From an uncultured archaeon (lineage in GTDB: Archaea > Asgardarchaeota > Thorarchaeia > Thorarchaeales > CAZPUN01), in contig CAZPUN010000010.1 of the NCBI GenBank assembly GCA_964589775.1, positions 1-5,858 of the forward strand: DNA of 5,858 nucleotides. The letters run 5' to 3'. The notes under the pieces were generated by a model that saw nothing but the letters and a program-made list of their open reading frames with translations, was not told where the DNA came from and made no database searches. Both the position numbers and the translations under genes were made by a program. Each line of letters opens with the position of its first letter. Within the stretch, counting starts at the first letter, position 1. Positions 5,808 to 5,858 of this stretch are shown here, piece by piece.

Positions 5808-5858
5808 GAGATATATCAGCAAAACAACAACTATGATTAATTGCGTTTTAAAAATTTT

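Noticed and set aside
1-5858. CRISPR array, tRNA/rRNA, IS elements or transposase
   Set aside because: I saw no regularly spaced repeats, cloverleaf motifs, terminal inverted repeats or transposase/integrase motifs.

Overview
AT-rich archaeal DNA (GGAGGTG/AGGTGA Shine-Dalgarno sites, TTTATATA boxes, oligo-T terminators), most likely from an Asgard archaeon because two genes begin with Asgard-type longin-like domains (inference). From left to right: the 3' end of a Cys-rich gene, probably radical SAM/SPASM (1-162), closed by a long hairpin and T-tract; two tightly coupled paralogous 3-TM membrane proteins, the first probably starting at a non-canonical ATT codon at 277; a longin + V4R fusion (+ strand); a convergent longin + alpha-helical solenoid protein (- strand); a BrxD/DUF2791-like AAA+ ATPase with a probably inactivated PD-(D/E)XK-like C-terminal domain (- strand); and about 430 bp of unexplained sequence at the right end. 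The most interesting signal is the longin-V4R fusion, which joins the two folds of the eukaryotic TRAPP core in one chain. It sits beside a second longin protein and a putative heterodimeric membrane sensor, so this may be an undescribed membrane-signalling or proto-trafficking module. All family assignments come from motif recognition by eye; no searches were run.
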